In this document: one piece after another, positions 12,696-23,703 of the stretch
Layout: the number at the start of each line of letters is the position of its first letter
Position numbering within the stretch: position 1 is the first letter of the stretch
Assembly (NCBI GenBank): GCA_023334545.1
Contig: JAADVB010000121.1
Coordinates: forward strand, 1 to 53,676
Reading direction: 5' to 3'
Length of the DNA: 53,676 nt
Origin: Salisapilia sapeloensis CBS 127946
Lineage: Eukaryota; Protista; Oomycota
Notes under the pieces: model-generated
Told to the model about the DNA's origin: nothing
The model's input: the letters and a program-made list of their open reading frames with translations, nothing else
The model's database searches: none
Program-made: the position numbers and the translations under genes

Positions 12696-13982
12696 TCAGT
12701 AGTCGCCGTCCATTCCTTCTTCTTTCGGTTCCTACGTAGAGTAAGAACACTGCCTAAGTTATCATAATTAAATCACAATACCGTTGGTTCTAGATCTTCG
12801 CCATAATTGATTGCATGGTCAACATGCATGAGAACAGTTTCCACGCTCTCTTCTCGCGTTATGTTCATCGGGACAAATGCTACCATACTAAAGTCGTTGA
12901 TCTGCGTACATATCATAGATGAGCAAATGTGTTCGAGCATTTCTTAAGAGACGGACGTACCACTTCGCATATTGCAGCACTCAATGGTCTCCACTTGGGG
13001 TCTGTCGAACTAGCCAAATTCTCTAGCAAGTATCCTGACGATGGATCAAGGTATCTACAACACATTCCCATTACTATCGCCCGTTGTGGCTAGTATAGAG
13101 GATATATACTTGCTAAGTTCTTTTTCATCGACCAAGTCGCACTTGGTCAAGACGTTAATGTGTGGTAACTCTAGTTGGACCATTGCCGACAACGAGCAGA
13201 GGACACCAGAGATAAATTTGGATGGGTCGGCAATAAATAAGGAATCGATCTGTATCAGAAATTTCCTGCTATCAATACTACAGTCGCTGGTGGATGCAAG
13301 ATGAATATATACCAAGTAGACTCCACAGATTTGAAAGCCCCAGTCCTTCATCGCGTCACAGAGTTGCTTCATAACTGGCAAGTGAGAGTAGAGTTCAATT
13401 TGACCTAGAGATAAAGCATAAGATATGAATTATAACAATAGCATCGTACGATCTCACCTGGACAGTCAAAAATAAAGTAGTCATCCTCCCCATATTGGTC
13501 CAAGAGGTCTTGTAACCAATCCAGATTCTCAATCAGATACCTACGAAACGTCAGCTCTTACTCAGTTGGATTTAGACACGTACACGCACTCCATGCAGTA
13601 GACAAGTCCACCGTTCGGACCATATCCCAACTCTTCCATGACATCTTCGACGCTAATCAAGTCTCGAATGTCTACATTGCACAGGTGTACATGTCAATAA
13701 TTCACTCCAATCTCTTCCAACAGTAGCAAGTATCCTACCGAATGCCACTGGATAATCAAAGTGCTCAGCGGCAGGGTCCAAGTTCACTACATACGCCATT
13801 CGGCCGGAAGCCGCACAGAACTCATGAATATTCGTGCAATACGTCGTCTAAAAAACGCCATACAACGTCGGTTAATCGATCAACACTCTTGCACAGCATC
13901 TGCAATACATCTGCATTCATGAATGAAGCCAACGTACCTTGCCAGTGCCCGCAGGCCCCATCACCAATTGCCCACATCTCAT
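12696..13982 (-). CDS. GPN3: GPN-loop GTPase 3, multi-exon
   Basis: [15 protein letters not shown]|[31 protein letters not shown]|[43 protein letters not shown], all matching the GPN3 pattern. Confidence 0.93.
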
Positions 13983-14218
13983 CTTAGCCGCCACTCGATT
14001 TAGGTGTCCAAATAGTGTGTTGAAAATGGCATTCTATGCTTTATTCGAAATAAAAAGTAAAATATAGTGTTCGTTAGAGCTATAAACTAGCTATAAATCA
14101 ACTGTTTATTCTTGCAAAGTCGAAATGTGAAACTGTTCCTATATGCTACCTATAAATCGACTATTCTTTTCAACAGAAAATGTCAACTTGTTCATGTAAT
14201 TGAACGTCGATACTGGAG

Positions 14219-15790
14219 CTAATACGCCGCTGACTTGACTTTCGCTTCCACCTTGCCACGCACGGCCAATACGATCGCGAGCGTATAGGTATAACTGAAC
14301 GGATCTTTCATGGTTTCAATCGAGAAACGAGCCATGATGGCAGATAATACCAACTGGAGCTCTAACATCGCTAGTTTCTGTCCGATGCAAGTGCGTGGTC
14401 CACTAAAGAAAGCTGCAAACTTTGTGGATGGAACGTAGATGAGCTTCCCCGTCTCTGGATCAATCCATCGATCTGGTCGAAACTCTTCCGCGTCTTCTCC
14501 CCACTCACCCTTCATTCGATGAAGTGCGTACACAGACAGGAGCAGTCGATCTCCTTTGTAAAGCAGTGTCCCATCACTTAGCACTGTGTCTTCCAGCGCT
14601 GTTCGAGAAAGCATTGGAGCCGCTGGATTCAATCGCAGTACTTCTTTGATAGTTGCTTCCAAATATGTCAGGCGCTGCGCTTGCTCCATCGTTGGCACAC
14701 AGACTTGTCCTGATGCCAACTCTGGTAGCTCACGTTGGATCTCTCGCCGAATCAGTGCAGCAACTTCTGGATAGCGGTTCATGTAAATGAGGAACCAAGT
14801 CATTGTATGCGCAGTCGTCTCTCGACTAGCGACGATAAACGTCAAGGATATGTCTCGAATGGTCTCTGCATCCATCTCACCCTTCTCCAGAAACAACTGA
14901 ATCAAATCTTTTTTTCCACTACGTTCCTCTCCATCCACTTTGCTCTTGTCTGCCATACACTTGGCAATGATTTCACGCGCAAAGCTGTCGATCATTTGCC
15001 GATCTTTCGTCCCTTGGGCCTCTGGACCAATATTCAACCATTTCGTAAGCTTCCAGAGCCACACAGGCTGACGACTACGACGCATGGTTGCATAAGCCTG
15101 CCGATTGAAAGCGTCGCCAAGTGCTCGATTCATATCTCCTTTTTCCAGTCCTTGTAGATTTACACCAAATCCGATTTCAGTGAAGACATCCATCGTCAAG
15201 AGCATCATTATTTCAGCGATGTCCATAGGTGTATCGCTCCTTTGATACTCCGTCAGACGATTGCACAGGGTTTCCGTGTGCTGTCGTACGACCACCTGCA
15301 TGTGATCCCGTAGCATTTTCATTGAGAACAAGTGACTAGCTTGCTTCCGCTGAGCAGCCCAACCATGACCATTGAGAACAAAGAAGCTTTGACCGATAGA
15401 ATCTTCCGTTTGAATGCGCAGAATGTCCCCTTTCCCAAGAGTATCTGCATGCGTATGAAGGATGTCATGCCATTGCTCGGACGATGTGGTCACGAGGAAT
15501 GTATTCGTGAGCATTTGTAGACGCCAAGGCTTTTCATCTTGCCGCTTGCATTCATCGAGCATCCAGTCGTGGAAGCGTGCTTGGTGGGACAAGACGTGGT
15601 AGAGGTTTCCAAAGACTGGAAGCGTTTCCGGTGGTGTCGGAAAGTCTCGTAGGGTCTTGTAACCTCGAGTGTTCTTTTTGAGTAGGTCATAGAGACCGTA
15701 GAGAACTGGAGATAGGACAACTGGTAGTAGAAGATAGTAGAACATGGCAAGAGGCAGAAGAAGACTAGCTTTATTTTTCGCTGATTCCAT
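14219..15790 (-). CDS. Cytochrome P450 (CYP86/94/704-like, oomycete type), intronless
   Basis: N-terminal membrane anchor and Pro-rich hinge (FPTPPETLPVFGN), I-helix ASRETT, ExxR (EVLR), FRPDRW, heme ligand FFSGPRTCIG. Likely start MESAK at 15790 (ORF open to 15859). Confidence 0.95.
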   Translation of the reverse strand: MESAKNKASLLLPLAMFYYLLLPVVLSPVLYGLYDLLKKNTRGYKTLRDFPTPPETLPVFGNLYHVLSHQARFHDWMLDECKRQDEKPWRLQMLTNTFLVTTSSEQWHDILHTHADTLGKGDILRIQTEDSIGQSFFVLNGHGWAAQRKQASHLFSMKMLRDHMQVVVRQHTETLCNRLTEYQRSDTPMDIAEIMMLLTMDVFTEIGFGVNLQGLEKGDMNRALGDAFNRQAYATMRRSRQPVWLWKLTKWLNIGPEAQGTKDRQMIDSFAREIIAKCMADKSKVDGEERSGKKDLIQLFLEKGEMDAETIRDISLTFIVASRETTAHTMTWFLIYMNRYPEVAALIRREIQRELPELASGQVCVPTMEQAQRLTYLEATIKEVLRLNPAAPMLSRTALEDTVLSDGTLLYKGDRLLLSVYALHRMKGEWGEDAEEFRPDRWIDPETGKLIYVPSTKFAAFFSGPRTCIGQKLAMLELQLVLSAIMARFSIETMKDPFSYTYTLAIVLAVRGKVEAKVKSAAY

Positions 15791-16605
15791 GCGCCTGTGG
15801 AAGATATTCCACGGAAGGATGGCTTCGTCCGGTATAACATGGATGACTGAGACCGTCATCTTCGCGTGCCAACATGCGACTTCTTTTCGAATAGACTGCC
15901 CTGCCTCTACCCGATTGCATGGCTGCTTGGGAAAATGCTCGAGAGAATACTGACTGGATGACGGTATAGCTATTCGATTTGTACGAGCACCGGGACGGCC
16001 ATGACAAAGAAAGCGCGGTATTTAGTGGCTGCTTACCTGCACATCTTTAGCTTCAAGCAGATCCTATTAGTAGCGAACGAGACGCAATAGCAATTCTCGT
16101 GCAGAAGCCGTTTGACCGCAAAAGTAAATCTACCACAAGGTAGCGAGTAGACGCCACCTCGTTGCGTCACGAATGACTTTGGCACATCCTCCGACTTGCA
16201 TGCGACGAAACGCCCATGGAAAGAAAAACTGTCTGAGATTTTAAATTGCAACCGAAACGACTGCGTTAATTATAGACTCTTTCGATCGCGCTACTTCAAA
16301 TCTTTTTCTGTCTATCCATACGACCCATCTCCTTTTTAATATCTTTCTCCTTGTTCCCCTTCTTATCTCCTTCAACACAAGTAGCCGTTGCTCCAAACAC
16401 TCACCATCACATGCCTGCATGTAGTTTCATTCTTCAAAAAGCCTTCGTCCATCATCCAACGGCGGAAACGCTCGGGCGAAATAACTCCTTCTGCCTCTTT
16501 TTTTCCTCCGAACAGAGACGGACAGAAGGAACGTCGTGACTCGTCCAAGTGCCTGCCAAGCTCAAAAGGCCGCGATCATTCCCAGATTTCCATTCGACCG
16601 CGAAA

Positions 16606-16986
16606 ATGAAATCGACCGAACCACGTAGCTTACTTCAGGAAGCCCTCGAAAAGTATGCTCGTACACCGACATCGTCCCCTGACACGGTCGATAACCAGAC
16701 AGAGTTCTACGCCCCACCACGAGGCGTCTATCGCAGACAGTCCTCCCGTCTATCCATCCAGCGCCCCGGTCTCCCCATCATCTGTGACAATTGCGGCACC
16801 TCCTTCTACAGCAACGTGCAGGTGGATATGACCAGCGCTTGCTACTGCTCTGGCGACTGCAAATGGAGCGTCTACATCTATCAGGAGATGGAGCGTCGAC
16901 TCCAAGATCTATGTGAGGCACAGGAAGACGATCAGACCATGAGCTACCCGAGCTTTGAGATTGTCGACACGATCTCCTGCAGCTAA
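16606..16986 (+). CDS. Small protein with an FCS/FLZ-like zinc finger
   Basis: Intact 126-aa GC-rich ORF with CDNC-x16-YCSGDC (16783-16860) followed by a predicted helix (KWSVYIYQEMERRL). Confidence 0.7.
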   Translation: MKSTEPRSLLQEALEKYARTPTSSPDTVDNQTEFYAPPRGVYRRQSSRLSIQRPGLPIICDNCGTSFYSNVQVDMTSACYCSGDCKWSVYIYQEMERRLQDLCEAQEDDQTMSYPSFEIVDTISCS

Positions 16987-17128
16987 AGCCTCTGCCTCTA
17001 TCTATCTCTCTACACCTCGTGTCTATCCACTCGAATCTAGATTTTAAAACCAACAACGTCGCGTACCAATATATGCATATTCGAATGATTCGTGTTTCTC
17101 ATGTTGGAATATGCCTCGAAAAGATCCT

Positions 17129-18062
17129 TTATTCGTCATCGTCATCCGCCATCTCATCGTCTTCGATCGACTGCAACGCCCACGCATTGACTTCATCACG
17201 AAGAGCATTCGGCACGAGACGATGCGTCCAGTTCGTTTCTTCACAAATCCAACTGAGCTCCAGTTCGAACGGATGACGAACCTCGTCGTGCAAAACGTTC
17301 AGGATCTTGGCAATGTACTTCATCGCGTCACGGCAGGACATGTCAAAGAGAGAATCCTTCTCAATTTCCGTCTTGGCAGCCTGCTGACCCTTGCCGATCG
17401 AGCAGCCACGGAAGCTGTACGAGACACCAGACGGCTCGATCATGTGGAGCGAGTGCTTCTCATCATCAACGTCGTATCCAGCGATCATGATGGCAGCGCC
17501 AAACGGACGCACAGAGCCATGGAGCGTGCAATAGTGGACGAACTGACCCATACGGTCCGCTAGCACTTCTGGAGGAATCGCACTGCCGTAGTTTTGCTTG
17601 TACGCACGCGCTTCTTCCCGAGCGCGGTTCACGAGCTGCCTGCCATCCGGTACTAGTCCGGCCATGGACTGTATCGACGTTAGATTGGGATATAGTAGAG
17701 AGTAGTTATGTGGTCGTACAATGCCGAGGTGACGGTCGACGGAAAAGATGCGACGCTGGGTTCCTGGCACGAGCATTTTCGATAAAAGGGTCTTCTCGAC
17801 GCCCATGATCACGCCATCTTTGCATTTGATGCCGATAGCAGTTCTATTTAATCAGTTAGACATAAAAATATCATCTAGAAGGAGAAGTATGGTGCGTACC
17901 CGCTATTTTCAATGGCTTTGCGCGCATATTCGACTTGGAAGATGCGTCCATCGGGGGAAAATGTACCCGCCGATAAGTCATACTAGAAACACACAAACGG
18001 TCAGTAACCCGCATATACGCTACCGCAAATATAAAACATACTCCTGCTCCAGTGCTTGCCAT
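17129..18062 (-). CDS. PSMA3: 20S proteasome subunit alpha type-3 (alpha7), 2 introns
   Basis: MASTGAG|[28 protein letters not shown]|[17 protein letters not shown]...HGSVRPFG...FELELSW, acidic tail. Confidence 0.96.
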
Positions 18063-18131
18063 GATTAATAAAGTCTACAACAAAAGTCCATATCAAAAAC
18101 CTTGCTCGAAGAATCTACGTAAACCTAGTTT

Positions 18132-19168
18132 ATGCCGCCAAGGAGGAACATAGATAGAAAGACTCGAAAGGGTCCAACCATCCGTGCAGTCTCCAAGGGG
18201 TCTACTACCAATAAAGCGACGTACCTAGCTAGAAGAAGCGTACGTGAGATCGCTTCCACCGTCGCTTGCTTGGTTGTTTTCTTCTTGGTCAAAAGATTTT
18301 CAGTCGAGGTCGTCGTAAGGTTGCTCGAACGAAAAGGCACTTATATGGTACTGTACCGACACAATAAACATCTCCATCAAAAACTTGTATATGATGTCGG
18401 TATCAGCTAGGCCATCTACCGGCTATATGCCGCATGTGGAAGGTGTAGTCAAGCTTGCATATCCTCTTGAACGTACCCCGAGGTCAAAGACGGTGCAAGT
18501 GTATGAGAACCCTCTACATGTGGGCTATGGTCCGTGTGCTGAGACAGCTACTTCGGTCATGGCGATTGTATTGGAATGTACATGATTGTATTTGATTGAT
18601 AATGAGTCTGTAGCTTATATTGCTTGTATGTATAGCTCCGAATTATGAACGCTCGCTTGTGTATTTCTACGATCAATGGGCGAAAAGTGTGGAGCATATC
18701 AAGTCGAAGTACAAGATGAAGATTCAAGGCCGAGGGGTCGTGCAATTCATGTCGACTGCAGGACAAGATACAGAAGAGCCTATTACATGCTACGTCGTTG
18801 CAGAGAAGCGGCTGTTAAAGCATACAATGGAAAAACTTGGCGAACGAGAGACGCCGTTTGCACTGCCGACTGGTGTCGCCATCGCCGTCGAGTATCAGGA
18901 AGCGCAAGAAATTCCCGGAACACATCAAGTCTATTACGTCGAGTCCAAAGTCATTCGAGGCGCAGATCTATACGGTATATGCCTTTGTCAATCATAGAGA
19001 GAGACAGGGAGAGTAATAAGTATATAGCTGAGCGAAAGACGATCACGCCAGAGGCCAAGTCCAAACGAGCGAAAAGCGTGCGTATGCTCTAGACAAGATG
19101 TTAGGTAGCTATATCCATTTATATGTGTCTAGAGCGTCGCGAAGAGAGGAAAGCGCAAATTAGACTTG
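18132..19168 (+). CDS. Basic N-terminal tail + OB-fold-like module, probably the 5' exons of the POT1 gene
   Basis: Five GT-AG introns (18221-18303, 18348-18406, 18578-18635, 18975-19027, 19078-19132) have mutually compatible phases and lead with no stop into ...SVAKRGKRKLDL-MSSTQTKYSY of POT1. Confidence 0.65.
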
Positions 19169-20805
19169 ATGTCCTCTACCCAGACAAAGTACTCGTACGT
19201 CCAGATTGCAGATTTGCAGGAAGGCGACGCGCATCTGTATGGTGTCGTTGTGAATCTGACGCTACCAAAGATGGCAAGAAACGGCTTTGACTTTTACGTA
19301 CGTCCATACATCTGATCTCAATTCAACATGACCTAACGAGTCTGGCGGTCGCAGATTTCCATGCATATTGTGGATGAAAGTTGTAAAAGTCGAGAGCTTG
19401 CTATGCCTGTGAATATCTTTTCCAAAAAGACTTGCAATCTACCTCCTGTCATGGTACATTCCGTCACTAGTAGGCACGTTCCTCTTTATTCATGTAGCTC
19501 TAGTTCATTGGTGATATCATCCGCTTCCATCGGCTTCCCATTAATACCTTCCGAGAACGTCATCAAGGCATCGGCAAGTACGTTTCTATTCATCAAAACC
19601 TATAGACAGCTCCTTGTATTGACGTCTTGCAGACCTCCTAAGACAAGATACGTGATCTTTCGAGAGAATGACGACGGCAGCATCAATCCCATCGCAAGTA
19701 CAGAGAACTACGCGTACACTGATTCGGATCGAGAGCGTATCCAAGCTTTACAGTACTAGCTACATCCTAAAGCCTCCAAACTTCAGTCTTTATTTACATT
19801 TGCTGTAGAAAGTTTAAACGAGAGCTACTTGCTCATGACGATACGCTTCCAGCTGGATGTCCGAACCATCCGATTCCACTCACTCACGTAAAATCAGTGG
19901 AAGACTTTGGAGACATCCTCGTACGTGTTTTAGCTGTCCAGATCAAGGACAATTACGCCAGTCTTATCGTCTGGGATGGTTCGGGCGATACATCTTCTCC
20001 TCTCCATGACGACTTGTTCGACCAGATCCCTTCGAACGTAGAGAAACCTTCGCATGGCATGCTCATGGAACTCTTTGTCGATTCTTGTTGGCACGTCATG
20101 GAGAAAGTAGGATTTGCTAGGTATTTAACAAAGTACTGGTGTCGTTTTCGTAATATCGCAGTGGAAGAAGATGAAGAAGTACGTCGTGGAAGCACGCACT
20201 TCCATCGACTCTTCTTCCGAGAAGTCTCGTCCATCATGTTCGTGCCGGACTATGACATCCAAGTCCAAAAGCGGACGAAGAGTGCGGTGGTACTACCTTC
20301 TAAAAAAGTGGCGACAACTGTACCACCGTTTGTACTGGAGAAGACGGACGTGACGTCTTTGGAACTCGTTCGACAAGCGACAGTCGTGCCTAGAAAGTAT
20401 CATTGTCTCGTCCAAGTGACACAACGATGGCCGGAACAAGTACAGGACCTTACCAAGCTAAAGGATGGTCGGTGGGTCTACTCTTTTGTTTTAAGACTAA
20501 GGGATGAATCCGACGCTCTAGACGTTATTGTCCACGGCACTGATGCAGTAAGCACTTACACTCGTAGCATGCAGAGGTAATAGGCTGACGATACCTTGTA
20601 GGAACAATTCATGCACGGCATTCCACCGTGCGACCTATCGACCAACTCTAGCTCCAGATCTCTAGTGCAAGATCGTCTCGACACTCTCATCCGAAGTGCA
20701 ACATCCGTCCACTGCTGTCTCAAGTCCTATCACCCAACGTTCACGACCGGGTCGAACCCGAGTGTCCGCTACCGCCTATTCGACACCACCTTGCACTACC
20801 ACTAG
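19169..20805 (+). CDS. POT1: POT1/TEBP-alpha telomeric ssDNA-binding protein core (OB1, OB2, C-terminal OB)
   Basis: YSYVQIADL...LYGVVVNLTLPK...DFY|ISMHIVDES...LPPVM|FIGDIIRFHRL (OB1). DILVRVL...LIVWDGS...KYWCRFRN (OB2). RKYHCLVQV...VYSFVLRLRDESDALDVIVHG...HCCLKSY...YRLFDTTL (C-terminal OB). Confidence 0.92.
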
Positions 20806-20863
20806 TCTATATATGTCTTGATGTGAGATCAACTAGGAGGAAATAAAAGTCAAAGGTAGTGCA

Positions 20864-23056
20864 TTATTGTTCGTTGATACTGGATTCCGCCAGACCGGTG
20901 AAACTACTTCCTGGACTCTGTCCATCCGACCGCATGTGCGTCAATGGACCTTGTTGATGCAATTTCTCTAGCCAGTAAAATTGACTACTCTGAGGCGAAA
21001 CGAGACCACCACCAAGTGCATGCTGAATTGCTTGTGACTGCATCATCTGCTGTGATAACGACAGTGTCTGGTGACTCGCATCCATGACACTATCGCCGAG
21101 ATTCATCGACGACTTTTGGAGCTCATCTTCTTGGAACCTCCCGAGACGTTGCATCAAGGCTTCACCTTCGGAACCTCCAACCCATTGTGGATGATTCTGT
21201 TTAAAGTTCACGAAAGAGCTTTCCATCTTGGCATCACTTCCATACTCTTTAAAGTCAAATTCACCAAACCGACAGACTGCACCGGCGTGTGGTAATGTCA
21301 ATGAATGCGAACGGATAAAGACGAGGATCTCTCGCGCACGTTTCGGTAGTGAAAAGCAGAGAATGTAAGGAGTCATGAGAACAGACAGGCATTCTTGGAC
21401 GAACAAGACTGCTTTTACAGGAAAGAGAGACAGGAACTCGTCGCGAACATCAAACGAATGGCAACGACCACGCCATTCCTTTGGAAAGTGGTGCGTCTCA
21501 CCAGCAAGCTGCATCATCGCTTCTTCACAGTCACCATACGGCTGGAAGGCAGGTGAAGATGTCGTGAAGGATCTAGCAACTACGAAGATGCTGGTGCAAA
21601 TCGTTAGATACCAGACGAGCTGTCGTCCGAAGAGCGTCGTCTCCAGCAATAAGGACTCTTCCACGAGACTCATGCCAAGGAGCACTGCCATCAAGGAGCT
21701 TGCACAAAACGAGATACCGCCAGCCAAGATTGCTAATGGACCAGCAGGAAAGAGAGACAAGTATTTTTCTGCTAGAGGATGTGATCGATCAATGCGTGCA
21801 TCGAGGACGTGTGGAAGTTCATTATACTCTCGGAATTTCCATAAAGCATAGTTACTCCATCGTCTAGTGCTAGGGTAGTGACTTCTCGAAGTATTCCACT
21901 CTTGTGCCGAGAGTAGAAAGAAGCGAGAAGCACGATAGATGAGAAGGAAAGGAGTAAGAAGCAAATTGAGGACACCAGCGACCACAAATCGTTTCTGAAG
22001 GACTTTCGGGTCTTGAACAAAGTCTCGCGCGAGACGATGCTGTCCGTCAAAGAGTTGATCGATGAGACAAATGTTCAGGTTCGCTTCCATATTCCGAGAT
22101 AGCATGACATGCGTAGCAGATGCGAATTGTAAGGCTGGTGGCAAGAGCTCTTGACTTGTAAACAACGACTGGTTCATGCAAGCGATGAGATAGTTCTCTC
22201 GGCGCATGATGCGTCGAGCAAAGTCATGAGGACTCGAAAGAGCGGCAGAATCAATGTGTAGACGATAGTTCGAAGCCTGCTTTAGCTGTTTCGATCCGTC
22301 GACGAGTGCCAATACGCGACTGACAATCTCGTCCCATTTCACAGTTTGGACTTGCCGAGCGTCAATATGAAGCCGATCGGTGTAGAAAGCGCCCATAGCT
22401 CTCGCATCTCGCAACGTCCCGATGAGCTGCACGAGGCGGAAGAGCCAGTAGACAACAAACAAAAGAAAGTAAAGACCGATGATCATCTTCCCAGCACCTC
22501 CTTCTGCGCTACAAGAGACGTAGCTTTCGACTGTACAAGTTCGCTTTGGATCTTCATGGCAATCGATCATATCGTGCCACTGGATGCATCCGAAAAGGAA
22601 CGTCGAGAGCACGACGCTGAAAAGACCTGTGACGAGACTCACTGATTCCACTACAACAATGCTCCAAAAGCCTCGATGGTAGTAGTAGTTGTACAGATTA
22701 ATCAGAAACGCATCCAAATTCGCTACACGTCCCTGATTGTCTGGAGCGTACGTCGGTCGACCAGGAGAAGAAGACGGGGCTGTGCCTCCTGCAGCAGTAT
22801 TTGACGTGAGAGACGCTCGGGCAGTATCAACGACATCATGGAAGAGTTTTGAGATAGCAGGCAAGTGAATGTTAGCACGTAAAGAAGGCATGTCGACTGT
22901 CGGAAGAGCCTCGACGTCCGAATGATTCCCATGTCGGTACTGCCGATTGGATTGATTAGAGTGGGATTCATCGTCATCCTTCAGTTCTTTCCAAAGCAAT
23001 TCATCATCCTCTTCAATACGGTCATTCGGTTCACGATCATACATGGGATTCTCCAT
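20864..23056 (-). CDS. ATG9: Autophagy-related protein 9 (lipid scramblase), intronless
   Basis: NLDAFLINLYNYYYHRGF, RIMRRENYLIA, RRWSNYALWKFREYNELPH, multiple TM helices, VCRFGEFDF. Likely start MENPMYD at 23056 (ORF open to 23149). Confidence 0.95.
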   Translation of the reverse strand: MENPMYDREPNDRIEEDDELLWKELKDDDESHSNQSNRQYRHGNHSDVEALPTVDMPSLRANIHLPAISKLFHDVVDTARASLTSNTAAGGTAPSSSPGRPTYAPDNQGRVANLDAFLINLYNYYYHRGFWSIVVVESVSLVTGLFSVVLSTFLFGCIQWHDMIDCHEDPKRTCTVESYVSCSAEGGAGKMIIGLYFLLFVVYWLFRLVQLIGTLRDARAMGAFYTDRLHIDARQVQTVKWDEIVSRVLALVDGSKQLKQASNYRLHIDSAALSSPHDFARRIMRRENYLIACMNQSLFTSQELLPPALQFASATHVMLSRNMEANLNICLIDQLFDGQHRLARDFVQDPKVLQKRFVVAGVLNLLLTPFLLIYRASRFFLLSAQEWNTSRSHYPSTRRWSNYALWKFREYNELPHVLDARIDRSHPLAEKYLSLFPAGPLAILAGGISFCASSLMAVLLGMSLVEESLLLETTLFGRQLVWYLTICTSIFVVARSFTTSSPAFQPYGDCEEAMMQLAGETHHFPKEWRGRCHSFDVRDEFLSLFPVKAVLFVQECLSVLMTPYILCFSLPKRAREILVFIRSHSLTLPHAGAVCRFGEFDFKEYGSDAKMESSFVNFKQNHPQWVGGSEGEALMQRLGRFQEDELQKSSMNLGDSVMDASHQTLSLSQQMMQSQAIQHALGGGLVSPQSSQFYWLEKLHQQGPLTHMRSDGQSPGSSFTGLAESSINEQ

Positions 23057-23703
23057 CCTCAGCGACGAACTAGCTAGCACGAGCTCGAGAGTACTTGTAC
23101 CTGCTCTAATTATGGAAGAGATGGCTGATGTAGAGGATGCGTTCCCCATACGAAAAACAAGATACCGAATGTACCTATTTTATAGGACATCTGGGTATAA
23201 CTTCAAGTTCGTGATATGATGCACGGATAAGAATTGGAGATGATGCACGTCCAGGAGTATGGTGACTATCTTTACAAATAAATTGGCGCGTACAATGTCA
23301 GTGAGTGCATCGAAATGGCGGTCTGAAAGGGGAATTGTTTCCAAGCGAGACGTTCCTGCTGTATTGGAGCCGCTTGAACACAAGCCTGTGCCAAAGGAAG
23401 CTACTGATGAACTCTTTCAAGTAACAAAGGTATATTTTAGTACTATGAACGTCATGTCTGAGCTAATAGGGTATGTCTAGAGGCCTGGACGAGATAATTG
23501 CAAGCACAACAAGTCACGTCCACTTGTCCTGGAGAGCCTATCACCACCAACTGTATTGCTATGAGCACACCTCCCTTTTCCAGTGCACTTACGCTATGGT
23601 CATAGACAAGCGCCGTGGAATCCTAGCAGACAAAAGTTCTATTCATGCCATGAACGAATTTTGAAGCCTAATACCAATACTAGTCGTATGTCGTGAAATG
23701 CAT

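Noticed and set aside
517-13982. Many short broken ORFs suggesting pseudogenes or frameshifting in cullin, VWA8, GPN3 and others
   Set aside because: Where I checked them, the breaks are explained by short GT-AG introns with compatible phases.
23112-23664. Possible small plus-strand gene (ORFs 23259-23480 and 23473-23664) with a faint EF-hand-like segment GIVSKRDVPAVLEPL
   Set aside because: I could not build a consistent exon model or recognise a family. It needs RNA-seq.
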